From: Malacoraja senta
Lineage: Eukaryota
DNA: 64,000 nt
NCBI GenBank assembly: GCA_038087875.1
Contig: CM075991.1
Span: forward strand, 10,356,001 to 10,420,000
Direction: 5' to 3'
Shown: positions 12,910-25,769 of the stretch, piece after piece
How the letters are laid out: every line of letters begins with the position of its first letter
Numbering within the stretch: the stretch's first letter is position 1
Notes under the pieces: generated by a model
Databases searched by the model: none
What the model was told of the DNA's origin: nothing
What the model saw: only the letters and a program-made list of their open reading frames with translations
Position numbers and translations under genes: made by a program

Positions 12910-13600
12910 GAAACAAGGAACTGCAGATACTGGTTTACAAAAAAAAAGACACAGAGTGCTGGAGTAACACAGCAGGTCAGGCAGCATCTCTGGAGAACAT
13001 GGATAGGTGATGTTCTGGGTCGGGATCCTTCGTCAGAGTGATTGTAGGGGGAGGGGGCAAGAAAGCTGGAAAAGAGGAAGGGCAGGACAAAGCCTGGCAG
13101 GTAACCGGTGAGTCTACACGTGGAATACTAAGTCTAAACCTCGACTTTAACCAGGGAAGGATATGCTTGTAATAGAGGAATTGCAAGGAATGTTCACCTG
13201 ATACAGGTGAGGGGTGTTTTGATAGACAGGATTGAAGAGCTGCGAATTGTGAAGTTAGGGGAAGGAACGTAGGTGGAAGTGGCAAGGGGAGAAATGGGCG
13301 TGAGTCCAAGTGGAGGATAGAGGAAAAGAAGAGGGGGGGGGGGGGTAGATACCTAAAATTGGAGAATTCAATGCTACCCGAGCGAAAAATGAGTTGGCTC
13401 CAGTGTGTGTGTGGTCTCACTCGAGCAAAAGAGGAGGTCCAGGACAGAAATGTCAGTATGGGAATGGGAAGTGGAGTTAAAATGGTTAGCAACAAAGAGA
13501 TCTAGTAGGCCATGGCGGACCAAACACAAGTGTTCAGAGAAGCAGTCGCCGAGTCCACACTTGGTATCGGCTACGTACAGGAAACCACATTGGGAACATT
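12910..13600 (-). mobile_element. Penelope-like element 3' fragment (decayed GIY-YIG plus tail)
   Basis: Minus-strand remnants resembling HTDLSVLGLL and LIFRSGSIEFSNFR, followed by the PLE tail. Confidence 0.75.
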
Positions 13601-14489
13601 GGTATTTCCTGAAGTCAGAATTGCCAAGTACTGTCCTTCATTCAAGTACCTTGGTCTCATTGGAGAATGAATATGGTAGACTATGTACATGTGTAATCAA
13701 AATCCACGCACAATTTAAAATGACAAAAACCACAATTTACATTATTGTTGTCGACAAAGCACAACATCAGGCACAGTCTTATTTAATGATGGAGAAAGAC
13801 TGAGAGGCATGGTTTATTCTTGCTTCTATTGCTTATGTACTAATTACTTGTGTGAAGCATGAAACCTCAAATTTGACAATGAGATGATTTTAAGCTTCTG
13901 CATTATAGATCCCAATCTTCGGCCAATTTAATTCACTCAACATCGTATCAAGAAACACTTGGAATCATTGGATACTGCAAAGACCATGGGATGGGGCAAT
14001 TTCCAGCAGCAGAACTGAAAATATCCTTTCTAGAGATCAATGTGTCTCAAACCAAGCAGTTCCATTACAATTACAACACTGGAGTCTAACCAGAAATGTG
14101 AAAAATTGCACAGATATGTCCTAGTCATAAAATGTAAGACATATATAATGCCATTAAAATTACCATTCTTTCAGTATACTATCAGTCAGCAAGTGATGGA
14201 TGGTGTTGTGGACAATGCTATCAAGTGCCACTCTCTAATAACAGATTTTTTTTAATGCAAGGGACACAACAAGGTGGATTGGAAGATTGGTAATCTATTT
14301 CTAGGACATGAAAGATCTGTTCATGAGTTTGATGACAGCTGGGAAGAGGCCGTGCTTGAATCTGGTGGTAGTTGCTTTCAAGAGAAAGTCTAACCATTTA
14401 ATCTTCACCATTGATGAATCGCTACCGATCAATATCCTGCCTCTCTGAAACTCTTGCCTAGATAACTCCATGAACATTGAAGAAATTTA

Positions 14490-14910
14490 ACAACATCCAC
14501 GATAATGCAGCCTGCTTGACTAGAAACCAACAACAACCTTCCACAACCATTCACTCCACCTTGGGTGCATCATGTCTGTGGCGTTTACCATCTACAAAAT
14601 ACAGTCATTTCATTGCGTAGGCTTTTCTGACAACCCTTTCTAAACCCATGACTTCTACCATCGAGAAAGACAAGGGCTGAAGTTAGATGGTAACCACATC
14701 CCCTGTGGGTTTTGCTTTCACATACCATTCCGATTTGGAAATATATTGCTGATCTTTCATCACTGGTGCAAAATCATGGCACACCTATCCCAACACCACT
14801 GTGATCTTCGTCAGAGGACTGCACTGGTTCGAGAAGTCAAGTCACCACATCTTATCCCTCACATATAAGTATGGGTAAAGTATATCTTTCTGGTGGCACC
14901 CACATACCAA
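14490..14910 (+). mobile_element. Old elasmobranch CR1/L2-group LINE 3' remnant
   Basis: accatctacaaa...ttggaaatatattgc...caaaatcatgg...cccacat; homologous to approx. 24765-25050. Confidence 0.55.
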
Positions 14911-15774
14911 AAGTAATCAGTTAAGTGTTATTGAAAATCCAGATATGTCCTATTTACAAAATGCAAAATCCCATTACAATTACCATTCTGTTAAAAAATA
15001 ACTATTTGTAATCGCACAATTTCTTCCAAAATGAATAAGTATTAATATTCCAGGTAAGATTTACATTTTGCAGAAACAAAGAACTGCAGGTGCTGGCTTA
15101 TACCAAAGATAGACACAAAGGGCTGGAGTAACTCAGCAGGTCAGGCAGCATCTCGAGAGAGAAAAAAAAAAGGTGACATTTCAGGCTGGGTCCTAACCCC
15201 AAACATCACCAGTCCCTTTTTTCCAGAGATGCTGTCTGACCCACTGAGACACTCCAGCATTTTGTGTCTAAGATTTAAATCTTGTTAATTTATGGCTTTG
15301 CTAGAAATTACTGTCAATAAAACCACGATTAAAATCCTAATAAGTAAAACTAGATTTGTGCCGTTATGACAAATAAAACATGACATGCTCTAAGCACAAT
15401 AAAACAAGCAAAAAATGAACAGAGGGACACATGCTAAATAGCTTTGTGTGTTCAATTCAGAGCCACCAGTTGTGTTTTCCTGTATGACACTCTCAGCTCA
15501 TCAAGCTGCTCAAGGCCAACTCAGCGTGCAAGCTTCACAATCACAACCAGGTGGCAGGTGCACAATCAAACTCTTACAATGCACAGCATGGACTAGAGTT
15601 TTACAAACAGCAACTTGTCAATCTCAGCCAGGCTGGAAGCATCGTTTGAAGCTCAGGCTTCTCCAACGATATCCGAGTGCACTTTAAACAGCCTCTCAGA
15701 TCACTTTGTTAATTCAATTGGCATCAAACCGTGGCTTGGAACCGAGAAAGACGCAAAGTGCTAGAGTAACTCGA

Positions 15775-16082
15775 CGGCATGGTGGTGCAGCAGTAGAGTT
15801 GCTGCCTTACAAGCGCCAGAGACCAAGGTTCAATCCTGACTATGGGGGCAGTCCGTACGGAGTTTGTACGTTTCTCCCCGTGATCGCGTGGGTTTTCTCC
15901 GGGTGCTCCGGTTTCCTCCCACATTCCAAAGACGTACAGGTTTGGAGGTTAATTGGCTTCGGTAAGAATTGTAAATTGTCCCTAGTGTGTAGGATAGTGC
16001 TAGTGTACGGGGATCGCTGGTCGGTGTGGACGTGGTGGGCCGAAGGACCTGTTTCCGTGCTGTATCACTGAACTAAACTAAC
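15775..16082 (+). mobile_element. HE1-type V-SINE inserted into a Penelope tail fragment
   Basis: Full SINE. The PLE tail sequence gagtaactc is split and resumes as aactcagtgg after the SINE. Confidence 0.85.
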
Positions 16083-16654
16083 TCAGTGGATGCGACAGTA
16101 TCTCCGGAGAAAAAGGATGGCTGGCATTTCGGGTCGGGACCCTTCTTTAGACAAGGTCTTGGAACCAAGCCATTTTTCTTCATCCAATTAAAAAATAAGG
16201 AGCAGGGGGAAAAAATTGAGAAACAAAATTAAGTTAAGACAAGCAACTTTATACATATTATTATAAAAACAAAGACATATTTATCATTCAACAGCTTTCA
16301 ATGAGTTCATTTTAATAATTCATTCTTTTATAGCCCAGATATAATGGTCAGCTATAGGGACACACGTCTACAAAAAATGGACACAGGCAAATTTTTTAAA
16401 AATCTCTTCATTAAGCAAAAATGGACAACGGTGATAACGGGACATCAGGCCCATGTTCATATCCTTCAGCTGCCAAGGGCTTTGTTAGCCAGAGGCAATG
16501 AGTCATGGAATATTTTGCAGTTTCACTCTGTGTTCTTCACAAGATATGTTTGGCACAAATTTGACCAACACAATATGAAGGGGCTCCTGGTATACCATGT
16601 ACATTAAAATGTAGACAACAATTCACGCACTTCAAGTTGAATTGTTGTTGACAA

Positions 16655-17308
16655 AAAGACACAAAGTGCCGGGGTTAGTCAGCAGGTCAGACAGCATCTC
16701 TGGAGAACATGGATAGGTGACGTTTAGGGTCGAGACCATTCTTCAGACTGATTGTACGGGGGGGTTGGGGGTGGGAGAAGAAAGCTGGAAAAGGGGAGAG
16801 GCAGGAAACAGGTCGACACAGACGGGGGGGGGGGGGGGGGGGATTCTTTGACAGGTAGATAGTTGGGACAAAGGCCAGATACAAGAACAATAGGTGCAAG
16901 ACAGATTTTGAAGATTTGTGGATTGTGAAACCGGGGGGCAGGTGGAGGTGAAGGATTCCGGCATCCATGAATGGGGGCAAGGGAGGAGATATAGGGAGAG
17001 GTGTTGGATCTCCTGTGGTTGCAGGGGAAAGTATGGTTTGGGTGGGAAGAGATGAGTGAACCAAGGTAGTGCAGAGGGAGCGGTCTCTGCGGAAAGGTGT
17101 GGAGATGGGAAGATGTGACGAGTGATGGAATCACATTGAAGGTGACGAAAATATCGGAGGATGATGTGTTGGATGTGGAGACTAGTGGGGTGAAAGGTGA
17201 GGACCAGGAGTCTGAAGAAGGGTTTCGGCCCGAAACGTTGCCTATTTCCTTCGCTCCATAGATGCTGCTGCACCCGCTGAGTTTCTCCAGCATTTTTGTA
17301 TACCTTCG
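16655..17308 (-). mobile_element. Penelope-like element fragment with inverted second tail
   Basis: Minus-strand IILRYFRHLQCDSITRHIFPSP and TFPCNHRR remnants. Tail at the left end, inverted tail with ctgaagaagggtttcggcccgaaacg at 17212-17237. Confidence 0.8.
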
Positions 17309-17409
17309 TACTTTATTCTTGTTCCGTCTGGGGGGAGGGGAGCATGGGCAGAATTACAGACCACAGAGGTGATGCGGATAAGGGATCTATCCAAGAACCA
17401 GAGGAGATT

Positions 17410-17810
17410 GGGTTAAAGTGAGAGGGGAAAGATTTAATCGGAACCTGATGGGTAACTTTTTTTTTTTAATTTTTTTTACACGCATAGGTTGATAGGTAAA
17501 AGGAAAAAAAAATCACAACTTATGCTGCCTCACCCGCTGAGTTACTCCAGCATTTTGTGTCTACCTTCGATTTAAACCAGCATCGGCAGTTCTTTCTTAC
17601 ACATAGGTTGATAGGTATATGGAATGAGCTACCGGAGGAGGTAGCTGAGGCAGGTACTATCACAACATGGTACATTAAGAAACATGTAGACAGGTACATG
17701 GATGGGATCGATTTGGACGGTAGCAGGCAAGTGGGACTCATGCAGATGGGCCATATTGGTCAGTGTGGGCATTTGAGTCGAAGGGCTTGTTTCCATGCTG
17801 TATGACTCTG
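17410..17810 (+). mobile_element. CR1 3' fragment interrupted by a Penelope tail
   Basis: IGIWNELPEEVAEAGT; cataggttgataggta duplicated around the PLE piece. Confidence 0.7.
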
Positions 17811-18496
17811 TGGCTGTATGAAATGTTCTGAGCATGTTTATAATCAGCACAGTGCTTCTTTAATAAACTGCAGACAAGTGACCAAAGCTACATTACTTAC
17901 ATTCCACAAAAGCTCTTATTTCTAAAGGGCATATATGCATACTGACTCACAAAAGGGTAAATTATTTTTATATTTGTCAGGAAATGTGTCTGAGCTGAGA
18001 GCTCGAATCTAAACTCCAATCGCTTCATCTCAGTCTTTTCAGGTTAAGTGTAATGGCCTTTTTCCAAAAGCCTGCCAAATTTACAAATAAGTAACCTAAT
18101 ATGAAAAGGAGGAGGTCAGTGATTTTGGCTAATAAAACAGCAGGTAACCAGTCCTGTACAAACCACAGCATCAACCTTCCAATTCTAACCCTCTATCCAC
18201 TGGAAATTATGAGTAGATGAAAGGCATGAACAGGGCTGGGGTCAGCAATCATACCCCGTAATAATATAACATGGATCAGATGCATACCAGTCTCAATTGG
18301 GATGGGGTACGATTGGGCTAGCATAAGAACAAATAAATGTATCTTTCAGCCCTCCTGACCCTAATCATATTATTGTGCTTTAGAAAGTTAGAGAAGGCCA
18401 GGTTGAGTTTGCCTGCTGATACTTACATTATGGTTTATACATGAAGAATCACTGTGTGTATATATCTTGGGGGGGGGCAATATGTTTCTTATTGAA

Positions 18497-18641
18497 CCAT
18501 GCCTTGCATGCCCTTGCACTGCACCATTCCAATATGCCTTGCATTTCCCAACACTGAACCACCCCTATATTCCTTGCCTATCCCAGCACTGCATCACTCC
18601 AATATGCCTTGCATGTCCCCACACTGCACCACTCCAATTAT
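18497..18641. repeat. Degenerate minisatellite, about 35 bp x 4
   Basis: Unit approximately atatgccttgcatgtccccacactgcaccactcca. Confidence 0.8.
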
Positions 18642-20194
18642 GGTTCTCTGGGAATGGGTAAAACATTATCAAAAATCAAAATGCTGGAGGAACTCATTGG
18701 GCCAGGCAGCATCGCTGCATGGAAATAAACGAACGATGTTTCAGATCAGGGCCCGACTTCAGACTAATACTTTATGTCAGTCTATAAATTCATTGATTCA
18801 ATGCCAGAATCAAGTGACCATCTTAACTCCAGCATCGATTTGTAGTAAAGCCACTCCCCCGATTCCTGAACAGATGCATTACCTGCATAATTTTTTCCCC
18901 AAACAGTTCAAAGTAACAAGTCTAAAGAAGGGACCCAACCCACAACATTATCTGTCTATTTCCCTCCACAGATGCTGCCCGGCTCGCTGAGTTCCTCCAG
19001 CAGTTTCTTTCTTATTCTCAGCAGGTATGATCGCCATCCCGTGACAGAAGGCATCAAGCCCAAACCAGCGTTGTCTAACTTTCCAATTGGCAACAACTCA
19101 AAGATCCGTAATCTGAGGCTGAAAGACAGATTCATCTTACTGTTTGCATCACTGTCTAATTGTATCCCACCCCTACTGGGATTGGCACACATCAGGAAGT
19201 TCCAAATATCATTCAAGGGACAGCACTCAATGTACATTATCAGGCAAATTATAGGAGATGGATTAAAAGTGCGGGATTGTCACACTCTGAGATTACAGAT
19301 AATTAACTGCAATTTATGTTTCAATTGATTCATAATGCTAATCATTCACACAGTTATAATGCACCGACTTTCAGTAAGGTAGACTCTTTTGAGACAGAGA
19401 ACCATGAGGTTTATTCCAGGCTTAATCAGATGTAGTGTGCATGAACTTGGCAAATAATAATAATAACAATAATATATTTTATTGTCATTGCACATATGTG
19501 CAACGAGATTTGGTATGCAGCTTCCATCCGATGTCATAACTTAAACTAATAAAATTTAGATTGAGATACCCCGAGAAACATGATTTATAAAAATGTGGGT
19601 TCCAGCTTTGATTGAATAATGTTGTGGGGGGGATAGGAAAACAGAGTTCAATGAACATAACTGTGTCCCAGTTAAAGAGTACTCCATCTGAAGTTTAGTT
19701 TGCAGGGCTTCTTTTCTGGAGATCCATTTTCTTGATAAGACACGCATCACAAGAAGCCAGCATAAAGGAATTTCCTGGATGTGCAACGTTAAACAGCAGT
19801 GAAGGTCAAAAGGAAGAATTGTCCAAACAACATTGGTGAACAGTTCAAAATGTCATTGGGGTGCATATAGGTACAAATTTGTACATGTGCGCAAAAATAA
19901 ATATTGAATAATACAGCATAGGTGGAGGCAATTAACCAGTGGAATTGAAGAACGATAGACACAAAATGCTAGAGTAACTCTGCAGGTCAGGCAGCATCTC
20001 TGGAGAAAATGGATAGGTGCCGTTTCGGGTTGGAACCCTTCTTCAGACTATATTTTGTGTCGATCTTTGGTATTAACCAGCATCTTCAGTTCATTTTTAT
20101 TACGAATTGACGGAAGAATGGCAAGGCCATATAAGCAAGTTGAGGACTAATCCAAATAGTTGTCCCATGTTATAAAGTGACTCTGATTATGCAA

Positions 20195-20868
20195 CCAGTC
20201 ACATCTTCCCATACCCACCCCCTTCCATTTTCCAGAGACCATTCCCTCAACATTTCCTTGGTTCACTCATGCCTTCCCAGGTACTTTTCCCTAAAACTGC
20301 AAGAGATGTATCATCTGTCCCTATATCTCCTCCGTCACCTCCATCCAGGGAACCCAGCAGTTTTTCCAGGCGAGAAAGATGTTCACGTGCATCTCCTCTA
20401 ACCTCGTCTATTGCGTCATATGTTCCTGATGTGGCCTCCTGTCCATCAGCAAGACTAAGCTTAGACTCTGCAACCGAACAGTTGCACTCAGTCCGCCAAG
20501 GCCTACTGGATCTCCCGGTTGCGGACCATTTTAATTATTTTTCCCATTCCCACACTGACCTCTCGGCCCTGGACCTCCTCCATTCCCAGACTGAGACCAC
20601 AAACAAACTGGAGGAACAAACACTTTGTACTCAGCTTCAGTAGCTTACAACCCAACGGTATGAACATTGAATTCTCCAATTTTAGGTAAATCCAAAACCT
20701 TCCTTCTCTCCAACCTGCCAGGCTTTGTCTTGCCCATTCTCTCTTCCAGATTTTTCCCTCCTCTCCCTCCCCGCAATCAGTTTGAAGAAGGGTCCCGACT
20801 CGAAACGTCACCGAGTGATGGTCTCCAGGGCTCCGTGATCTGAGGTGCTACTCCATCACTTTGTGCCT
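20195..20868 (+). mobile_element. Penelope-like element fragment (GIY-YIG remnant plus tail)
   Basis: DLPVADHFNYFSHSHTDLSALDLLHSQTETTNKLEEQ; tail ttgaagaagggtcccgactcgaaacgtca. Confidence 0.85.
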
Positions 20869-20921
20869 GTGCTTGTGACATTATTGGGTTTAGGTTTCCA
20901 TCATACGGTCACATCGTGCTA

Positions 20922-21178
20922 CAGGCGGCCCTGTGTTACGGCCATTTGGCTGACAGAAATTTGCCCTCACACCATTCACTAATCACTATCAGAAAATTTA
21001 AGACGTGGAATGAAATTTGCTCACATAGATTTTAAGCAAAAAAAGGAAATTTACAAAAGACATTTACTGTGACTTGTGTTTATTGATGAGTGCATGGATG
21101 ACGCGCCTTCATGTTACAGAATATCACAACACAGAGAATTTTCTAGGAATGTAACCAGCCGTAATGTGGGGTCGCCTG
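20922..21178. mobile_element. Tigger/pogo-like MITE
   Basis: TA|caggcggccctgtgttacgg ... ccgtaatgtggggtcgcctg imperfect 20-bp TIRs. Confidence 0.6.
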
Positions 21179-21459
21179 CAGTCATAACTAGGAATGTTGC
21201 TTGCATTCTTACCTCTCGAACAAATTTGAAATTTCTTCATTTGAATTTCTTCTCACTTCCAAATTGGTCAACACCCCCATTTAGATTTCATTTTCCCCCG
21301 CACTATGAATTATTTAGGCTCTTCCATTCAAAAAATAAAAATAGCACAATGAATAGTGAGTTAAGTGGCACCTGCAAGAACCTGCATTCCTGCCACAAAC
21401 ACACTCTGAGATTGGCGGAGGGAAAATAATTGGAATGGGTAGTGTTATAAGCATAATAG

Positions 21460-21804
21460 TGTACAAAATCAGAATTGGAATAGATCGGGTAAATAAACGC
21501 AGAGTCTCTTGCCCAGACCAGGGGAAATCGAGAACCAGAGGACATAGGTTTAAGGTGAGGGAGGGAAAAGATTTTACGGGAAGGTGAGGGGGTAACCTTT
21601 TCACACAAAGGGTGGTGGGGTGTTGGAACGAGCTGCCAGAGGAGGTAGTTGAGGCAGGTACTATTCGAACGTTTAAAAAGCAGTTAGACGGGTAGGATAG
21701 GTTTAGAGGGATATGGACCAAACGCAGACTCTTGTAGATGGGACAAGGTGTTGGCAAGTTGGGCCGAAGGGCCTGTTTCCATGTTACATGGCTCTATGAC
21801 TCTA
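21460..21804 (+). mobile_element. CR1 LINE 3' fragment
   Basis: FTQRVVGCWNELPEEVVEAGT plus 3' UTR ending ctatgactct. Confidence 0.85.
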
Positions 21805-23497
21805 AAAGCATGGGGAATGTTTCTCCACCACTAATTTGCAAGCATTCCTGGGTTCCATGGATCCAGGATATTAGCTGTGACGGTTTTCCTCAGTCAAGTT
21901 GAGGCGACAGTGAAAAATATATATGCATTTTGCTAATGTTCTATCATTTATACTGCTCATCAAGAGTTTATACATTCTTACAATTATTATAAAGCACAAA
22001 TAACCATGCCAAATTCAGGTGCGTACATAAGGATTACCTTATCTGTGATACTGTACTAGTACAAGTATTTCAAGAACCACTTATATTTTTACCAAGCATT
22101 TAATTTATGCATTGGAAACTCAAAAGATCTTCCAGACCACCCTAGGTCTCAAATATAAATAAGGCATACAGTACATACTTATGATTTGTACTGTCAGCAG
22201 ACCACTTATGTCAACTTAACTTCTCAAGCCTCAAAATACACAACTAGCCTTCTTTCCCGCCCATTGTCAAGTAAATCGACAGCCTACACTGCAGGTGGTC
22301 TCAAATTTCAGGCTAAACCCTTCACTGATACTTAAAATAATAACTGCTTTCAGACATGTATGAAGCAATTTTAAAATCACAAACAGCAATATAATGACTA
22401 CACTGAAAATGCTTGTAACCATTTGACACATAGTAAAAGGGAATGAGTTCAATTGAAGTTTTCTTGCTTAGTTTGATCACGGCATTAATTTCCTGTGATG
22501 TTCCACAAACACATGGATCAGACAATCAAAGAGAACAAATGGGAGATCATGCAGGAGTGGTGTTGTAAACCAGGAGACTTCTATAACAGACGAGGAGGAC
22601 GTTACAAAATGCAAGATTACAGCATTTGATTCCCATTCCCTTCCTTAGCTGCAGGGACCAACATGCCAAGTGATCGTGTAGCAAACAACATCAAAGATTT
22701 GTGAAGAGCGGGTTGAGGCACCAAGATAAAGCAAGGTATTGCCCATAGGGAGAACAAGGTTCGGACAGCTATCTTTCACTCTCCAAGCATTCATTATAGT
22801 GCATGTGGAATGCAAAGAGGCCACCCACTAGCTCCTCAGCAGGGCACAAGAACATTAGCTGAACCAATGCAGCCACAGGAAACAATTAGATACAGAGAGA
22901 CACCACATAACTGGAGTTGCCAACTCCACTCTTCCTCACAGATAACAAACATTAGAACAGCAAAACAACTGAAGGAAAAGTGGGCTATTCACCACTCATG
23001 CCTGCTCTGTTATCTCATAAGATTGTGACTGATTTTCTACCTTAGAATTTATTTCCTGTACCATATCTCTCCGAGTCTCTTCATTTCCAAAACCCTATCA
23101 TTCAGTTTTGGATTTACTTGGCAATTGAGTTCTCACAGCCCTCTTATCCCAAACCCGAGTAGTTGACCTCTTATTTTGAGGCTGCAACCACTGATTCTAT
23201 ACATCCCAGTCATGGGAAAAGTCATTCCTGCACGTGGAAAATTGCCCAAGTATGTCCTGTTCCCAAGGAGCAGGAAAAATCCAACCCATCCACCTCCCGC
23301 ACCATTAGTCTTCTCTCGAACATCAGCAAAGGAAGGATTAATCAATGGCATTATCAAGCGCACTCCGGACTTGATGGAATACTCTCCACTTCCCCGGATG
23401 AGTGCAGCTTCAACTACACTCAAGAAACCCGCGACACCATGCAAGGACATAGCAGCCCGCTTGATAAGCAACCCATCCGTGACCACTTCACCACCTA

Positions 23498-24181
23498 CAG
23501 TGCCCTCCATTATGTTTGGGACAAAGACCCATCATTTATTTATTTGCCTCTGTACACAATTTGAGATTTGTAATAGAAAAAAATCACATGTGGTTAATGT
23601 GCACATTGCCAGATTTTATTAAAGGCCATTTTTATACATTTTGGTTTCACCATGTAGAAATTACAGCTGTGTTTATACATAGTCCCCCCGATTTCAGGTC
23701 ACCATAATGTTTAGGACACATGGCTTCACATGCGTTTGTAATTGCTCAGGTGTGTTTAATTGCCTCCTTAATGCAGGTATAAGGGAGCTCTCAGCACCTA
23801 GTCTTTCCTCCAGTCTTTCCATCACCCTTGGAAACTTTTATTGCTGTTTATCAACATGAGGATCAACGTTGTGCCAATGTAAGTCAAATAAGCCATAATG
23901 AAACTGAGAAACAAGAATAAAACTGTTAGAGACGTCAGCCAAACCTTAGGCTCACCAAAATCAACTGTTTGGAACATTATTAAGAAGAAAGTGAGGTTAC
24001 AAATAGCAAAGGCACTGGCAGGCCAAGGAAGACCTCCACAGCTGATGACAAAAGAATTCTAAATCTGACAATGTGCACTTTAACCACATGTGATTTTTTC
24101 TAATACAAATCTCAAATTATGGAGTACAGAGGCAAATAAATAAATGATGGGTCTTTGTCCCAAACATTATGGAGGGCACTG
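23498..24181 (+). mobile_element. Tc1-family transposon, internally deleted (684 bp)
   Basis: TA|cagtgccctccattatgtttgggacaaagacc ... ggtctttgtcccaaacattatggagggcactg|TA with ~120-bp TIRs. Internal transposase N-terminus with stops (approx. 23856-24060): KTVRDVSQTLGSPKSTVWNIIKK ... GRPRKTSTADDKRI. Confidence 0.92.
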
Positions 24182-24237
24182 TATGCCCAACGTCAGCAGA
24201 TTTGCCCGCTATATATGATGCAATGCAGCAATTCACC

Positions 24238-24765
24238 AAGAATAAGGGGGGGCTCTTTTAAAACTGAGATGAGGAAGAACTTCTTCACCCAGAGGGTGGT
24301 TAATTTATGGAATTCACTGCCCCAGGGAGCAGTGGAAGCAGAAACATTAAATATATTTAAGTCTAAAATAGATGGTTTTTTAGCTGCCAAGGGGATAAGG
24401 GGCTACGGGGAGAGGGCAGGGATATGGACCTAGGTAGGGTTAGTATAGTAAGACCTGAGTGATCTCCTGGACAAGTGTCGATCGCCTGGATTGGGGTCGG
24501 AGAGGAATTTCCCAGATTTTTTTCCCGAATTGGACCTGGGTTTTATCCGTTTTTTTGCCTCCCCCAGGAGATCACTCGGTTCATGGGGTGGAGAGGGGTG
24601 ATAGCGCTATAAAGGGGAGGGTAGTGTCTTGTGTTCTGTGTCTTGTGTCTACTGTTTGTGGGTGGGGGTGTTTGTTTGTTTGGTGTTCAGCCATGAGCGA
24701 ATGGCGGTGCGGGCTCGATGGACCTGGTGGTCTGCTCTCGCACCTACTTTCTATGATTCTATGAC
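24238..24765 (+). mobile_element. CR1 LINE 3' end with long GC-rich 3' UTR
   Basis: RIRGGSFKTEMRKNFFTQRVVNLWNSLPQGAVEAE; tail ttctatgattctatga. Confidence 0.85.
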
Positions 24766-25099
24766 TCCGTAGAGCCCACCTTCCAAATCCATGAACCCAA
24801 CTAAAAGGGCAGAAGGGAGCACCACCACCTGGAAGCTGCGTCCAAGTCATACAGCATCACGGTTTGGAAATATTTTTCCGTTTTTTCACTGTCGCTGGAT
24901 CAAAATCCTGGAACGCCTTCTTAGCAGCATTGTGGGTATTCTCACACCTTGGTGACAGCAGTGCTTCCTGAAGGCGGCTCACACAACGTTCTCAAGGGCA
25001 ACTAGGGATGGTTGATTAAATACTGACTCAGCCAGTGACGCCCACATCACTTACAGTAATAATTTAAAAAATGTTTCTACAACACACAGACTCCCAGAG

Positions 25100-25750
25100 T
25101 TAACTGTACTACACCTCCTCCCACCCTACCTCTTGCAAAGATTCTGTCCCCATTCTCAATTTCTCCATCTCGTCCAAGAGGAGGGTTTCCATTCGAGGAC
25201 ATCCGAGCTGTCCTCAACCTTTAGTGAACGCGGTTTCCCCCATGCTGTTATAGATGGATACCCCATTCGTGTCTCCTGTGTCCTGTAGTTCCGCTCTTGC
25301 TCCCCCTTCCATCAGACGGAAGGATAAAGTTCCCCAGTCCTCATCTTTGATTCCACTAGCCTCCACATTCAACACATCAGTCTCCGACATCTTCCCATCC
25401 CCTCCCTTTCAACCTTCAGCAGAGACCGCTCCCTCCGCAACAGCTTAGTTCACTCCTCACCTAAACCACCCCCTCACCAGGTACTGCAGATGTAACACCT
25501 CAATGATTCAATGGCTTTTTTTGCCACATGTATGGAGGTACAGCGAAATTCTTTTTTTAAATACAGTTCATTACTATACATAAGCTCAAACTTACATAAG
25601 TACAAAGTGTGTAGAAATCAGTCTGAAGAAGGGTCCCGACCCAGAACTTCACCTGCCCATGTTCTCCAGAGATGTTCTCTCCTGACCTGGTGAGTTATTT
25701 CAGCACTTTGTATCTTTTTCTGTAAACCAACATCTGCAGTTCCTTGTCTC
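25100..25750 (+). mobile_element. Penelope-like element fragments with tail
   Basis: tacacctcctcccaccct...cccattctcaatttctcc (PLE RT-thumb region); ctgaagaagggtcccgacccagaac tail. Confidence 0.7.
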
Positions 25751-25769
25751 TACATTAAAAATCCCTACC

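Noticed and set aside
18497..18641. CRISPR-like periodicity
   Set aside because: Vertebrate DNA, contiguous degenerate units without unique spacers, and no cas genes.
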